From: Octopus vulgaris
Lineage: Eukaryota
DNA length: 64,000 nucleotides
Assembly: GCA_951406725.2 (NCBI GenBank)
Contig: OX597816.1
Location: 165,664,001 to 165,728,000, forward strand
Direction of reading: 5' to 3'
Numbering within the stretch: position 1 is the stretch's first letter; each line of letters starts with the position of its first letter. A program made the position numbers and the translations under genes. Positions 53,205 to 64,000 of this stretch are shown one piece after another. The notes under the pieces were generated by a model. The model saw only the letters and a program-made list of their open reading frames with translations, did no database searches and was not told the origin of the DNA.

Positions 53205-53363
53205 CCCAGCAAATCTCACTACTTGAATGGACCATAAACAAAACTTGACTTAAACAGGATTTAGATAATCATATCAGGTGGTGCTATTAAGTTAGACATG
53301 GCCTGGACCAATCTTTGGTCGAAACATATCTAAGTTTATCTAAGTTTATATACATATATATAT

Positions 53364-53424
<61 letters not shown>

Positions 53425-53617
53425 AAAATGGAGGAACAAATTCATTTCAATCATCAACTTACAGATATTACCATTTCATATTATTTATTAACTATATAAA
53501 TAGGAACATCCAAATCGAACAAAACAATATACATCAATATGCAAATTAATACCATAAGAATAATACACATAAATTGGTCCTTACAGCTGTTTCAGCCTAT
53601 AGATAAAATTTTCACAT

Positions 53618-53817
53618 TCTGCCATGATAGATCGTTAGCCACTACACACATTTTTTTCTGTCCTTGTTTCTCTCCTTGTTTTTTTCTGTGTCCCTTTCTG
53701 TAGAAGAGCGTAGGCTCGATACGTAAAAGACTTTTTCTATTCCTGAGCGTTATACTAATACATCTGTTTGTTTTGTACACCACCTGTCTTCGTCTTTCGT
53801 TTCTTTCGTAAACTCTC

Positions 53818-53820
<3 letters not shown>
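53618..53820 (+). mobile_element. PLE pLTR-like element with hammerhead variant (53694-53729)
   Basis: CTTT-CTGTAGA-AGAGCGTAGGCTC-GATA-CG-TA-AAAG; GAAA is mutated to GATA. Confidence 0.75.
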
Positions 53821-53865
<45 letters not shown>

Positions 53866-53901
53866 TACATCTACATATATACATACATACATACATACAT
53901 G

Positions 53902-53979
<78 letters not shown>

Positions 53980-54397
53980 TATATATATAAACTTCTTAGG
54001 GGCGATGGGTAAAATGTGTAAACCCATATATATACATACATGTATCTGTGAGCGTGCATACGTATTAATGTGTTGCCCGCGCATGTATATGTATATATAC
54101 GGATATACGTATATGCGCGGATATGTGTGTACGTGTGGATATATGTATATGTGTGAGCATATGCATATGTCTCTGTGTATATATATATAAACATACTGAT
54201 ACATATATGTATGCACGTAATTGCATATATACAAATTTTCATAACTTTATTTATACTATGTAAACGAATATTCCATTCTTTCATTAACCATAAACTTACC
54301 TTATTTATATTCTAATTTCCTCAATCATCTCTATTTAATTTATTCCATTTATTGTTCTAATTCTCTTTACCTATTCTATCTTGTCTCCAATCAAACC

Positions 54398-54630
54398 TAT
54401 TTCTTTACTACCCACAAGGGGCTAAACACAGAGGGGACAAACAAGGACAGACATAGGTATTAAGTCGATTACATCGACCCCAGTGCGTAACTGGTACTTA
54501 ATTTATCGACCCCGAAAGGATGAAAGGCAAAGTCGACCTCGGCGGAATTTGAACTCACAACGTAACGGCAGACGAAATACCGCTAAGCTTTTCGCCCGGC
54601 GTGCTAACGTTTCTGCCAGCTCGCCGCCTT
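54398..54630 (-). mobile_element. SINE family B, full-length with 17-bp TSD
   Basis: TTGTCTCCAATCAAACC at 54381-54397 and 54634-54650. Confidence 0.92.
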
Positions 54631-54789
54631 CAATTGTCTCCAATCAAACCGTAAACCTTTCGCCTGAACATATAACGATACGAATCACAAACCGTATCAT
54701 TTAGTCTACTATAATGAATCCATAGACACATACAATAAAATCCAAGGGTATATTTTCCCCTCTGAAGATATTATGTTCAGGTCATATAC

Positions 54790-55217
54790 TCTCTTTCTCT
54801 TTTACTCTTTTACTTGTTTCAGTCATTTGACTGCGGCCATGCTGGAGCACCGCCTTTAGTCGAGCAACTCGACCCTGGGACTTATTCTTTTGTAAGCCCA
54901 GTACTTATTCTATCGGTCTCCTTTGTCGAACCGCTAAGTAACGGTGACGTAGACACACCAGCATCGGTTGTCAAGCAATGCTAGAGGGACAAACACAGAT
55001 ACACAAAGATATACACACACGCATACACATATACATATATATACATATATACGACAGGCTTCTTTCAGTTTCCGTCTACCAAATCCACTCACAAGGCTTT
55101 GGTCGGCCCGAGGCTATAGCAGAAGACACTTGCCCAAGATGCCACGCAGTGGGATTGAACCCAGAACCATGTGGTTGGTTAGCAAGCTACTTACCACACA
55201 GCCACTCCTGCGCCTAT
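54790..55217 (-). mobile_element. SINE family A, full-length
   Basis: Complete; lies between the two halves of a hammerhead-like motif. Confidence 0.9.
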
Positions 55218-56174
55218 GAATTTAATATTTACTTAATATTTATGGAGTATTGATTGAAACAGCTGTAAGGGATGATGATTAATTTGCTGTTAATAATAGA
55301 CATTTATTAACTTACCAATCTCCATTTTCTTTTTCTTCTTTTATATGAATATAAACTATATGTTTTTATATATACACCGATTATTTTAAGGAAATTAATT
55401 CCCCAAAATACTAGATAGTGAACCAGTATTCCCTTGGATAAAACCATTCCCTCATCAGGTTAACACAGCCTCTAATCGAATTTATGTGTATGTGCGCGAA
55501 AAATGCATTAAATACTACAAAATGTACACGTAGGACAGACACAGAAGGACTCTAATGCTTCATCAGCTATCAACCAAAACACTAATACTCAGTTTCATGC
55601 TTTTAACGATAAAACTGAAAACTTAGTATATCGGCGGCACCCGCAAAATTTTCGGAGAATTAGGGCTCCATCGAACAAAACAATATAGGGTGGACGTAAC
55701 AGTAGTTTTTTTTTAATATTATTTTGCGACTCTATCTTCTTCCTTTTTTCTCTCTTATCCCTTGGGGGCGATAAATCAAGTACCAGTTGCGTATTGTGGT
55801 CGAACTAATCGACTAGCCTTTTGCCCAAAAATTTCGGGTCTTGCGCCTAGAGTAGAAAAGAAAAGGTTTATCTTGCATCTTTTACTTGTTCCTGTCGTTA
55901 GATCGCGGCCATGCTGGGGCACGACCTTGAAGAACTTTCAGTCGAAATAATCGACCCCTTTTAAAGCCTTGTACTTATTCTATCGATCTTATTGGCCGAA
56001 CCGCTAAGTCATGGAAACGTAAACACACGAACACCGGTTGCCGCGCAGTAGTGGTTGTCAAACAGAGACATAAACACACATACGACGTGTTTCCTCCAAT
56101 TTCCGTCTACCAAATCCACTCACAAGGCTTTGGTCGGCTAAATTGAACCGAACTCGGAATGACGTGACCGGGAA

Positions 56175-56703
56175 GCAAATTCTTTTCCCCTACGAGAGTT
56201 CCGGACCCCAGTAATGAACTCATTTGCATACAACCAATCAGAGCTCATCTTGACCTTGTTGTTAAGTTAACAAACACACTCTACCAGGTAAATTCAAGAC
56301 GAAGAATGCTTTTGTAAGTCGACCGATCGCCAAGTTATGCCTGATTTTAGAAGGAGACAAGTAATTAAATAGATTTGCATCTGTACCTATTATCGGATTT
56401 TGTTAGGGCTCCATGTGGTAAAGATGTGGATGGGAGAAGTGTGAGTAGCGGGGGATGTACTAGCAACCCCTCTCCCCTTAACAGCACAAGTAATTACGCA
56501 AAGGCAGCCATGATTGAAATAAGAACAAGAACAACAATCATTCTTAAAAGAGAAAAGAAGCATGGCCATTCCTTGCCCAAGTGACCTTATCGCTTTTCAC
56601 TTCTTATTAGCTCATAAATTAGTTTGATAGTTGAGCTCTGATTGGTTGTATGCAAATGAGTTCACGACTGGGGTCCGGAACTCTCATGGGAAAAAAATTT
56701 TGC
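56175..56703. mobile_element. MITE/foldback element with ~70-bp terminal inverted repeats
   Basis: 56175-56247 is the near reverse complement of 56632-56703; sits within a family A SINE head. Confidence 0.85.
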
Positions 56704-56802
56704 GGCCGGGAAGTAAACTTTTCGCCCCACAACCGCACCTGCGCCTTGTTAATTTGCATAATTCAAACATAAATTAGCTAGTGTGCGTGTACATGTGTGT
56801 AT

Positions 56803-56872
<70 letters not shown>

Positions 56873-57185
56873 CGTGCATGTGTGTGGCATTTATTGGAAA
56901 TTGAATTATGGGAGTGTCTATAAAGTAACGGGATCTGCTAAAAGTGGTAGCTTATTCTCCCTCAAAAAACACCATGACATTCTGCACAAGGAAAAAACAA
57001 ACATTGGGAAATGTAGAGATACAATTCGTTGAACATACAGGTCAGTGACGTACAGTGACGTAGGAAAAATATTGTTTGATCACAGGTCTGCTAGATCGTG
57101 TTTGACCTTGGGCTAAACAGCAATAACAAGCTGTAAACATCGATTTGGAGAATCTTCCAAAAACAGGCACCTGCTAGTCTGGTTT

Positions 57186-57700
57186 ATGTATGTATGTATG
57201 TATGTATGTATGTATGTATGTATGTATGTATGTATGTATGTATGTATGTGTGTGTATGTATGTATGTATGTAGTTGTGTGTGTATGTATTTGTGTGTGTA
57301 GGTATGTATGCATGAATGTACGTATGTATTTGTGTGTACATGTATGTATGCATGTACGTATGTATTTGTACGTGTATGTTTGCATTTATATACGTATGAT
57401 TGTCTGTGTGTATGTGTGTATGTATGTGTACGTGTTTGTATGTATTTGTGAGTGTGAGTAAGTATACATATATGTTTGTATTTATGTATGTTTGTGTGTG
57501 TGTGTGATGTATACATGTATGTATGTATGTATGTATGTATGTATGTATGTATGTATGTATGTATGTATGTATGTATGTATGTATGTATGTATGTATGTAT
57601 GTATGTATGTGTGCATATATGTATAAATATATGTTATTGTGTGTGCATGTAAGCACATACGTATTGTATGTATGTGTATGGATGCATGTAATAATGTGTA
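57186..57700. repeat. (TATG)n and degenerate TG-rich microsatellite
   Basis: Direct inspection; source of the MYVC/HTYI ORFs. Confidence 0.95.
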
Positions 57701-57707
57701 TGTCCTG

Positions 57708-58025
57708 TGAAGGCGCGTGGCTTAGTGGTTAGGGTACTCGGTTCACGATCATAAGGTCACGAGTTCGATTACTGGCGGTGCGTTGTATCCTTGAACAAGA
57801 CACTTTATTTCACATTCCTCCTGTCCACTCACCTGGTAAAAATGAGAAATACCTGTATTTCAAACGACCAGCCTTGTCACATCCTGCATCACACTGAATT
57901 TCCCCGAGAACTACGTTAAGGGCACGTGTGTCTGTGGAGTGCTCAGCCACATCCACGTTAATTTCACGTGCTGGCTGTTCTGTTGACTGGATCAACTGGG
58001 ACCCCCGTTACCCTAACCGACAGTG
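57708..58025 (+). mobile_element. SINE family D, full-length
   Basis: GGCGCGTGGCTTAGTGGTTAGGG A box, GAGTTCGATT B box, shared 3' half. Confidence 0.85.
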
Positions 58026-58339
58026 TCACTGTATGTTCGATCATTAATTATTTGAAATCTTCCCGTAAGGAAGGCGCTAGTTTCTGACAAATTACACAAA
58101 GCCCCGTTGTGGGAATGTATCAGGTGGATCACATTGCTATCACTTCTCTTTTATATTGTTGATTATGTAGCACTCAATACGAACACCTCGCTAACCACAA
58201 TCTAAGATTTTAAGACTCTTATTTTAAGTCCAACTGGTGCTGGAATTTCCGGTAGTTATCACTAGTATAATTTATGCGTAAGTATTGGATAAGATAATAG
58301 CAAACAAACTTTAAAAGGAATAGTACTAAAAAATGTTAC

Positions 58340-58795
58340 TTATATTCAACCAATGCTATATTGATATCTTCATTTCTTAGACGATCCTGCTAAGTTTCAA
58401 CGTAACCAGTCTCTACACTAATAACCTCTATGGATTAGGATTAGCAGCAGTAAGACAAATATCCCCCAAAGAATTCAGGAGAGATTTCTAAAAGAATTTA
58501 TACTTGAAGGACTACGATCGGTACATGAAAACAACTACTTCTTTGATAACCAATATTACCAACAAACACAAGGCACAATAATGGGAACGAAAGTCACACC
58601 AACGTTTGCGACACTAGTAATGGAATTCCTAGAAAAACAACAACTATGCCGTGCTTGGAATTACTTTTTATCAACATTTCCAATCATATTTTATTGGAAA
58701 CTGGCAAGGATTCTTGGATGAATGCATCATATTTTGGAACAAAAGTAAGGAAGACATTACAAGATTCCCTGAATTATATAATGAGCATTAATAGT
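58340..58795 (+). mobile_element. Penelope-like element reverse transcriptase, pseudogenised fragment
   Basis: TILLSFNVTSLYTN...FDNQYYQQTQGTIMGTKVTPTFATLVMEFLE...WQGFLDECIIFW match PLE RT motifs (SFDVxSLYTN, GxxMG, R[YF]xDD). Confidence 0.9.
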
Positions 58796-60191
58796 TTGAG
58801 TTCGTCACCTGTAGTTCGAAACCATTCAGCATTATGTCCGGGCGTTGCATTCTGAGGAGACTATAGTCATTGGTTTCATTGGTCATGTTTCCACGCATTT
58901 CCTCCGTCGTGAATTCCAACGGCGAAAAGTGATTTCGAAGGCTATATTCATACCAGGCTTGCCAGAAAAACCGTACCGTCGCAGAAAATTGTCCATCGCT
59001 CGCCACACCACATTCTGTTGGCCAGGGTTATGGGCTGTTGCCCCCCTGCCCCTTTGACGTAATGGATACTCGTCATTGCTACCGGAATCGGAATCACCCG
59101 ATCTGCTGAGCAAATAATCATTCTCGGTGTCTGAATAGTCCTAACTAGAATCAACTATTGAGGACTTGCCACGTGATGCTGAAGTTTGGCGACGACAGAC
59201 GCGATGAGGAGCATAAATTCAACGTAGTTCGATGCGAAGACGAACATAAAACTGGCTTAGATGGACGAACGCGATGCTGGCTTAGATGAACGTGAAGACG
59301 AACGCAAGGACCGTAAATTCAACGAAATTGGCGTAGCTGGACGCGACGACGACGTTAAAATCTGTGAAAGACTAGAAGAATTAGCAGAACATGTAGGAAA
59401 TCATAGTAGAAATGGCAGCATAATCGCCAAAGCTGCATTTTTTTTTTTGTACTATTATGGTGATGAAACCTGAAATTGAGTTGGAAATATTTATATGAAG
59501 ATTCTAACAAATCCATCGGATTCTTTGAAATTGCTCGCTGGCCTCTATTATCGAATCTGTGAGTGATAACAGATATTTACATCAACTGGTACAGAAACAG
59601 GTACAAAATAAGGCCGTGTATATTTACGCCATCCGATTTAAAGTGCGCTTAATTTAACATCAACCGATTGCACGGGGGTAGAAAAAGGAAAATTTAGTAT
59701 TGGGTTCGATTCGTTTGACTAAAAAATTCCTTGAGGCGGAGCTCCAGTATGACTGCGGTCTTATGCCTGAAACAAGTAAAATGTAAAAGGTAACGGTTTA
59801 TTTTCTTTTTTGAAATTTGAAAAAGAACTTTGAGTGACCAACGAGTAATGATTTCGTTAAGTTGTTTTTAATCACTCAATAATATTCCAATTGTATACGT
59901 ATGCGTTTCAACTTAACATGTCTTATCAGTGCAATTTCGAATGTTAAACTTTATCACTGACATATTTGTGTAGTTACGGAAATCAATAACCTGAAAGTGA
60001 TCAGTTGATTAAAAAAAGCGTTGTTTGTAATCTCAATGTAGTTATAGCAAAAAAAAAAAAGCAGGTCTGTTTAAAGGTGAATGAAATTGTAGAAAAATCA
60101 ATCGATTGATCACGTGTGGCGGTGTTTACGGCCAAATTAGAACATAATTAAGTGGCTTATGTATAACATAGAAGTACATTTCTCCGAGGGG
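58796..60191 (-). mobile_element. Truncated piggyBac (PGBD4-like transposase N-terminus) with its 5' terminus
   Basis: Minus strand TTAA|CCCCTCGG end at 60191; Ser/acidic N-terminus, then FSGKPGMN / PLEF.TTEEM...NETNDY / WFRTTGDELK across frameshifts. Confidence 0.75.
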
Positions 60192-60450
60192 TTAAACTCG
60201 AAAAATAAGATGAAATAAATTAAAATCGAAGTGAGATAACTACAGAGAAAGAAGTTTAATACATGTCATACCTTCTGGGCAAAATAAGAACAAAAATGTA
60301 TGCATGTTTTTTTTATAATTTTATTCTACTCTAAACCTGTCTGCGTTCTATTTCTAAGACTACAAAGAAATTTTGTTTAATTGAACCATTACAACTTATC
60401 TGATTTCTGTAACAACACAAATATAACTAAAAAAAGTTTGAAATTCAAAA

Positions 60451-60490
60451 TAGCACTGACGAGACCAGTGAGGCTGAAACACATATGCAA
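60451..60490 (+). ncRNA. Decayed hammerhead in the PLE 3' end (about 60196-60550)
   Basis: TAGCA-CTGACGA-GACC(agtga)GGCT-GAAA-CACA-TA-TGCAA, with AATAAA shortly downstream. Confidence 0.65.
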
Positions 60491-60855
60491 TTAGATTACA
60501 ATTTAATAAAAAAAGAAATACGTTAACTATGTCATTATTTGCCTGTAATTCAAATTATTTTTCGTGTTTCTGAAAGAAAAAAAAAAGAGTTGGAAAAAGG
60601 AAATTAGCATCATTAAAAAACAAAGATAAGAGCTAATAACAGAACCGGATAGAAGAAAGAACATTTAGCTTTGATACGAAACAGCTTATTGATGCGCCGT
60701 GTCCCCGTAGCCGTATTAAAACATACGTGGACAGCTTACGTGTTGCACGAAACTTTATTACCGCGAGGAAGTAAATCTAAAAAAAAAAAAAAGGCAGCAT
60801 CTATTTTGTTCCAATTCTAACACATACACATGTAGCATACATCTTATTATATTAA

Positions 60856-62095
60856 GGCGGCAAGCTGGCAGAATCATTAGTACGCCAGGTGAAACGCTTA
60901 GCGGTATTTCGTCTGCCGTTGCGTTCTGAGTTCAAATTCCGCCTAGGTCGACTTTGCCTTTCATCCTTTCGGGGCAATAAATTAAGTACCAATTACGCAC
61001 TGGGGTAGATATAATCGACTTAATCCGTCTGTCTGTCCATGTTTGTCTCCTCTGTGTTTAGCCCCTTGTGGGTAGTAAAAAAATAGGTATTTCGTCTGCC
61101 GTTACGTTCTGAGTTCAAATTCCGCCGAGGTCGACTTTGCCTTTCATCCTTTCGGGGTCGATAAATTAAGTACCAGTTACGCACTGGGGTCGATATAAAC
61201 GACTTAATCCATCTGTCTGTCCTTGTTTGTCTCCTCTGTGTTTAGCCCCTTGTGGGTAGTAAAAAAATAGGTATTTCATCTGCCGTTACGTTCTGAGTTC
61301 AAATTCCGCCGAAGTCGACTTTGCCTTTCATCCTTTCGAGGTCGATAAATTAAGTACCAGTTACGCACTGGGATCGATATAATCGACTTAATCCGTTTGT
61401 CTGTCCTTGTTTGTCCTCTCTGTTTATCTCCTTGTGAGTAGTAAAGAAATAGGTATTTCGTCTGCCGTTGTGTTCTGAGTTCAAATTCCGCCGAGGTCGA
61501 CTTTGCCTTTCATCCTTTCGGGGCAATAAATTAAGTACCAATTACGCACTGGGGTAGATATAATCAACTTAATCCGTCTGTCTGTCCTTGTTTGTCTCTG
61601 TGTTTAGCCCCTTGTGCGTAGTAGAAAAATAGGTATTTCGTCTGCCGTTACGTTCTGAGTTCAAATTCCGCCGAGGTTGACTTTGCCTTTCATCCTTTCG
61701 GGGCAATAAATTAAGTACCAATTACGCACTGGGGTAGATATAATCAACTTAATCCGTCTGTCCGTCCTTGTTTGTCTCCTCTGTGTTTAGCCCCTTGTGG
61801 GTAGTAAAAAAATAGGTATTTCGTCTGCCGTTACGTTCTGAGTTCAAATTCCGCCGAGGTCGACTTTGCCTTTCATCCTTTCAGGGTCGATAAATTAAGT
61901 ACCAGTTACGCACTGGAGTCGATGTAATCGACTTAATCTGTCCTTGTTTGTCCTCTGAGTTCAAACTCCGCCGAGGTCGACTTTGCCTTTCATCCTTTCG
62001 GGGTCGATAAAACAAGTACCCATTGAACACTGAGATTGATTTAATCGGCTCATCCCCTTCTCCAACATTGCTGCCCTTGTAGCAAAATTTGAAAC
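60856..62095 (+). repeat. Tandem array of SINE family B: one head plus about six 180-184 bp body units
   Basis: Units start with GGTATTTC at 60903, 61086, 61270, 61452, 61632 and 61815. Confidence 0.95.
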
Positions 62096-62728
62096 ATTAT
62101 TATTATTGTATATTTTTTCCAGAGTGTTTCATGTTAAAGACGGCATTTCTCTTAACTTCCATTTCCCCTTACATTCGTACCCGCCTTCCTCACACACACT
62201 CAATACGGTTATGCCTACACACCTATCTCCCACACCACACTATCACTTCCACTACACACCTACACTTGCCATTTCTACATACCTATATTATACCCACCAA
62301 AACACCTCCCTCTCGAATAACTATACGGCTATACGGCGTACCCACAATCATCCCCCTTTTCTCTTCCTAACTCCCCCTCATAGAACTATATTCCCACCTG
62401 GCCCCTAACAACTTCCATATCCCTCCCACATATTCCTTTTTGCATATATATATATATATATATATACATACATACATATATACATACATACATACATACA
62501 TACATACATACATACATACATACATACATGTATGTAAGTATGTATGTATGTATGTATGTATGTATGTATGTATGTATGTATGTGTACAGGAGATGTACGT
62601 TCACGTCCTACGGGTAGCCTTCGATTTATTCCATCCAAATGATTTGTAACCCTATTACACGCACTTACAGTTTTATTTGCTTCGCGATTCACCGTTCCTA
62701 AAAAGGAGAATCCCACGTTCTCGATTTG

Positions 62729-62810
<82 letters not shown>

Positions 62811-62869
62811 CTTTATATATATATATATGTGTGTGTACACACACACACACACACTTATATATATATTCG

Positions 62870-63085
62870 AAATGTAACTACATGTGAATCGTTGGCGGTT
62901 TTCTTCCCCCGTCTTCTTTTTTATTGGACTTTCCCCTGTTTCCGAAGAAGATCTCTGTTCGAAACGTAAAACCACTTTTCTTTCCTTCCATGAGCGTCTG
63001 CTAAATACTTTACATGTACTACATCCCCGCGTTGTTGTTTTTTTGTGTGTGTTTGTTCTTTATTTTTGGTGGGGGGTGATTTACT
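62870..63085 (+). mobile_element. PLE pLTR-like element with degenerate hammerhead (62938-62972)
   Basis: GTTT-CCGAAGA-AGATCTCTGTTC-GAAA-CG-TA-AAAC; same family as 4124-4332. Confidence 0.7.
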
Positions 63086-63345
63086 ACATATATATAACAC
63101 ATACATAGAAACACACACACGCACACGTACATACACTTATATGTATGCACGTATTATGAAGAACAACAGCTGCTTTCAAATAATGACCTGGTTTGATATC
63201 ACAGATTTTGTACAACAAGAAGGATGACTGCCAATCTTTGACGTCAAGGTGCAGGTGTACCGTTTGCTTTGTTCTATTTTACCCTTCCCAATTAAAAGAT
63301 CTCGTACAGGAGTAAGGACGGGTGTTCTTGACTAGCGTTTCATAA

Positions 63346-63867
63346 TGACGGTCCTCAACCTTTTTGGTGGGCACTATAGACCGGTTTCATGCAAGACATT
63401 TTTTTCCACGGACCAGAGGATCATGCCCATAAAAACTACAACAAAACGTATTATACATAATTTAATTATTATATATAAAAAGAAATAATAAAGTAAACGC
63501 GCCCTTTTAAAACCTAGCCAAACTCATGGGCCCGGTTTCCCGGTTTCAATGGCGTATGTATTCCCCAGCTGGACGGGACGCCAGTCCATCGCAGCGTTAC
63601 TCATTTTTGCCTGCTGAGTGGACTAGAGCAACGTGAAATGAAGTGTTTTGCTCAAGAACACAACGCGTCACCCGGTCCAGGAATCGATACCACAATCTTA
63701 GGAGTATGATGCTGACAACCTAACCACTAAGCCACGCGTCTCCACAATTATTATATATATAATATATATATTGCAAAACACCCTGTAGAGTGAGATATAG
63801 AGTTTTAACATCTATTATTTCTCTGCGACCCAGTACTGGTCTACGAACCGATGGCTGGGGACTCCTG
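63346..63867. mobile_element. hAT-Charlie (MER1-like) MITE containing a SINE (63497-63745, minus)
   Basis: Left end CGGTCCTCAACCTTTTTGG...GACCGGTTTCATGCAAGACATTTTTTCCACGGAC; right end ...GGCTGGGGACTCCTG; decayed 8-bp flanks TTTCATAA/TTTTATGA. Confidence 0.7.
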
Positions 63868-64000
63868 TTTTATGAGACGATAAGGTATGAGATGAAAGGG
63901 ATTTAGCTGCTATTTCTAGATGTTTTAATCACGTTGAGACTTAGTGTTTTATCAAAGAACTATACGCGAAACTTTTGTCACACAGCTTGTTTCTTTTCTG

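Noticed and set aside
53291-53335. GACCAA-tct-TTGGTC-GAAA with TTAGA/TCTAA flanks
   Set aside because: The 5' core CUGANGA is absent; a relic at best
447-55253. Recurrent ORFs such as RQASFSFRLPNPLTRLWSARGYSRRHLPK and EDTCPRCHAVGLNPEPCGW
   Set aside because: Translations of SINE family A, not genes
53755-57732. Long ORFs rich in YI/HT/MYVC
   Set aside because: Microsatellite translations

Overview
AT-rich, repeat-dense eukaryotic DNA, almost certainly octopus or another coleoid cephalopod, judged from the tRNA-derived SINE families, RTE-LINE remnants and abundant (TA)n/(TATG)n microsatellites. It contains no complete protein-coding gene, and nearly all ORFs in the supplied track are repeat artefacts. 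The best host-gene signal is a 105-nt minus-strand first coding exon (48875-48771, MSEPGMEIEPL...RANR|gtaag) with a perfect GTCACGTGAC (CLEAR/E-box) palindrome just upstream. If that call is right, much of 1-48 kb is intron, with a second CpG-rich promoter-like patch near 23.4 kb. Mobile DNA includes four SINE-like families, RTE fragments, a decayed Penelope-like element (PLE) interrupted by a decayed piggyBac, TTAA MITEs, a Merlin-like MITE, a Helitron and a MER1-like hAT. The most striking hidden layer is about a dozen type I hammerhead ribozyme (HHR) motifs of PLE type. They include one locked inside a perfect 76-bp inverted repeat, long-stem-II variants, a family with a non-canonical CUGUAGA core and one apparently split by a SINE. 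Also present are retroelement-derived tandem arrays (100 bp x8, about 183 bp x6) and an old ~200-bp satellite next to the 23.4-kb patch. All calls were made by eye, and coordinates of decayed repeats are approximate.
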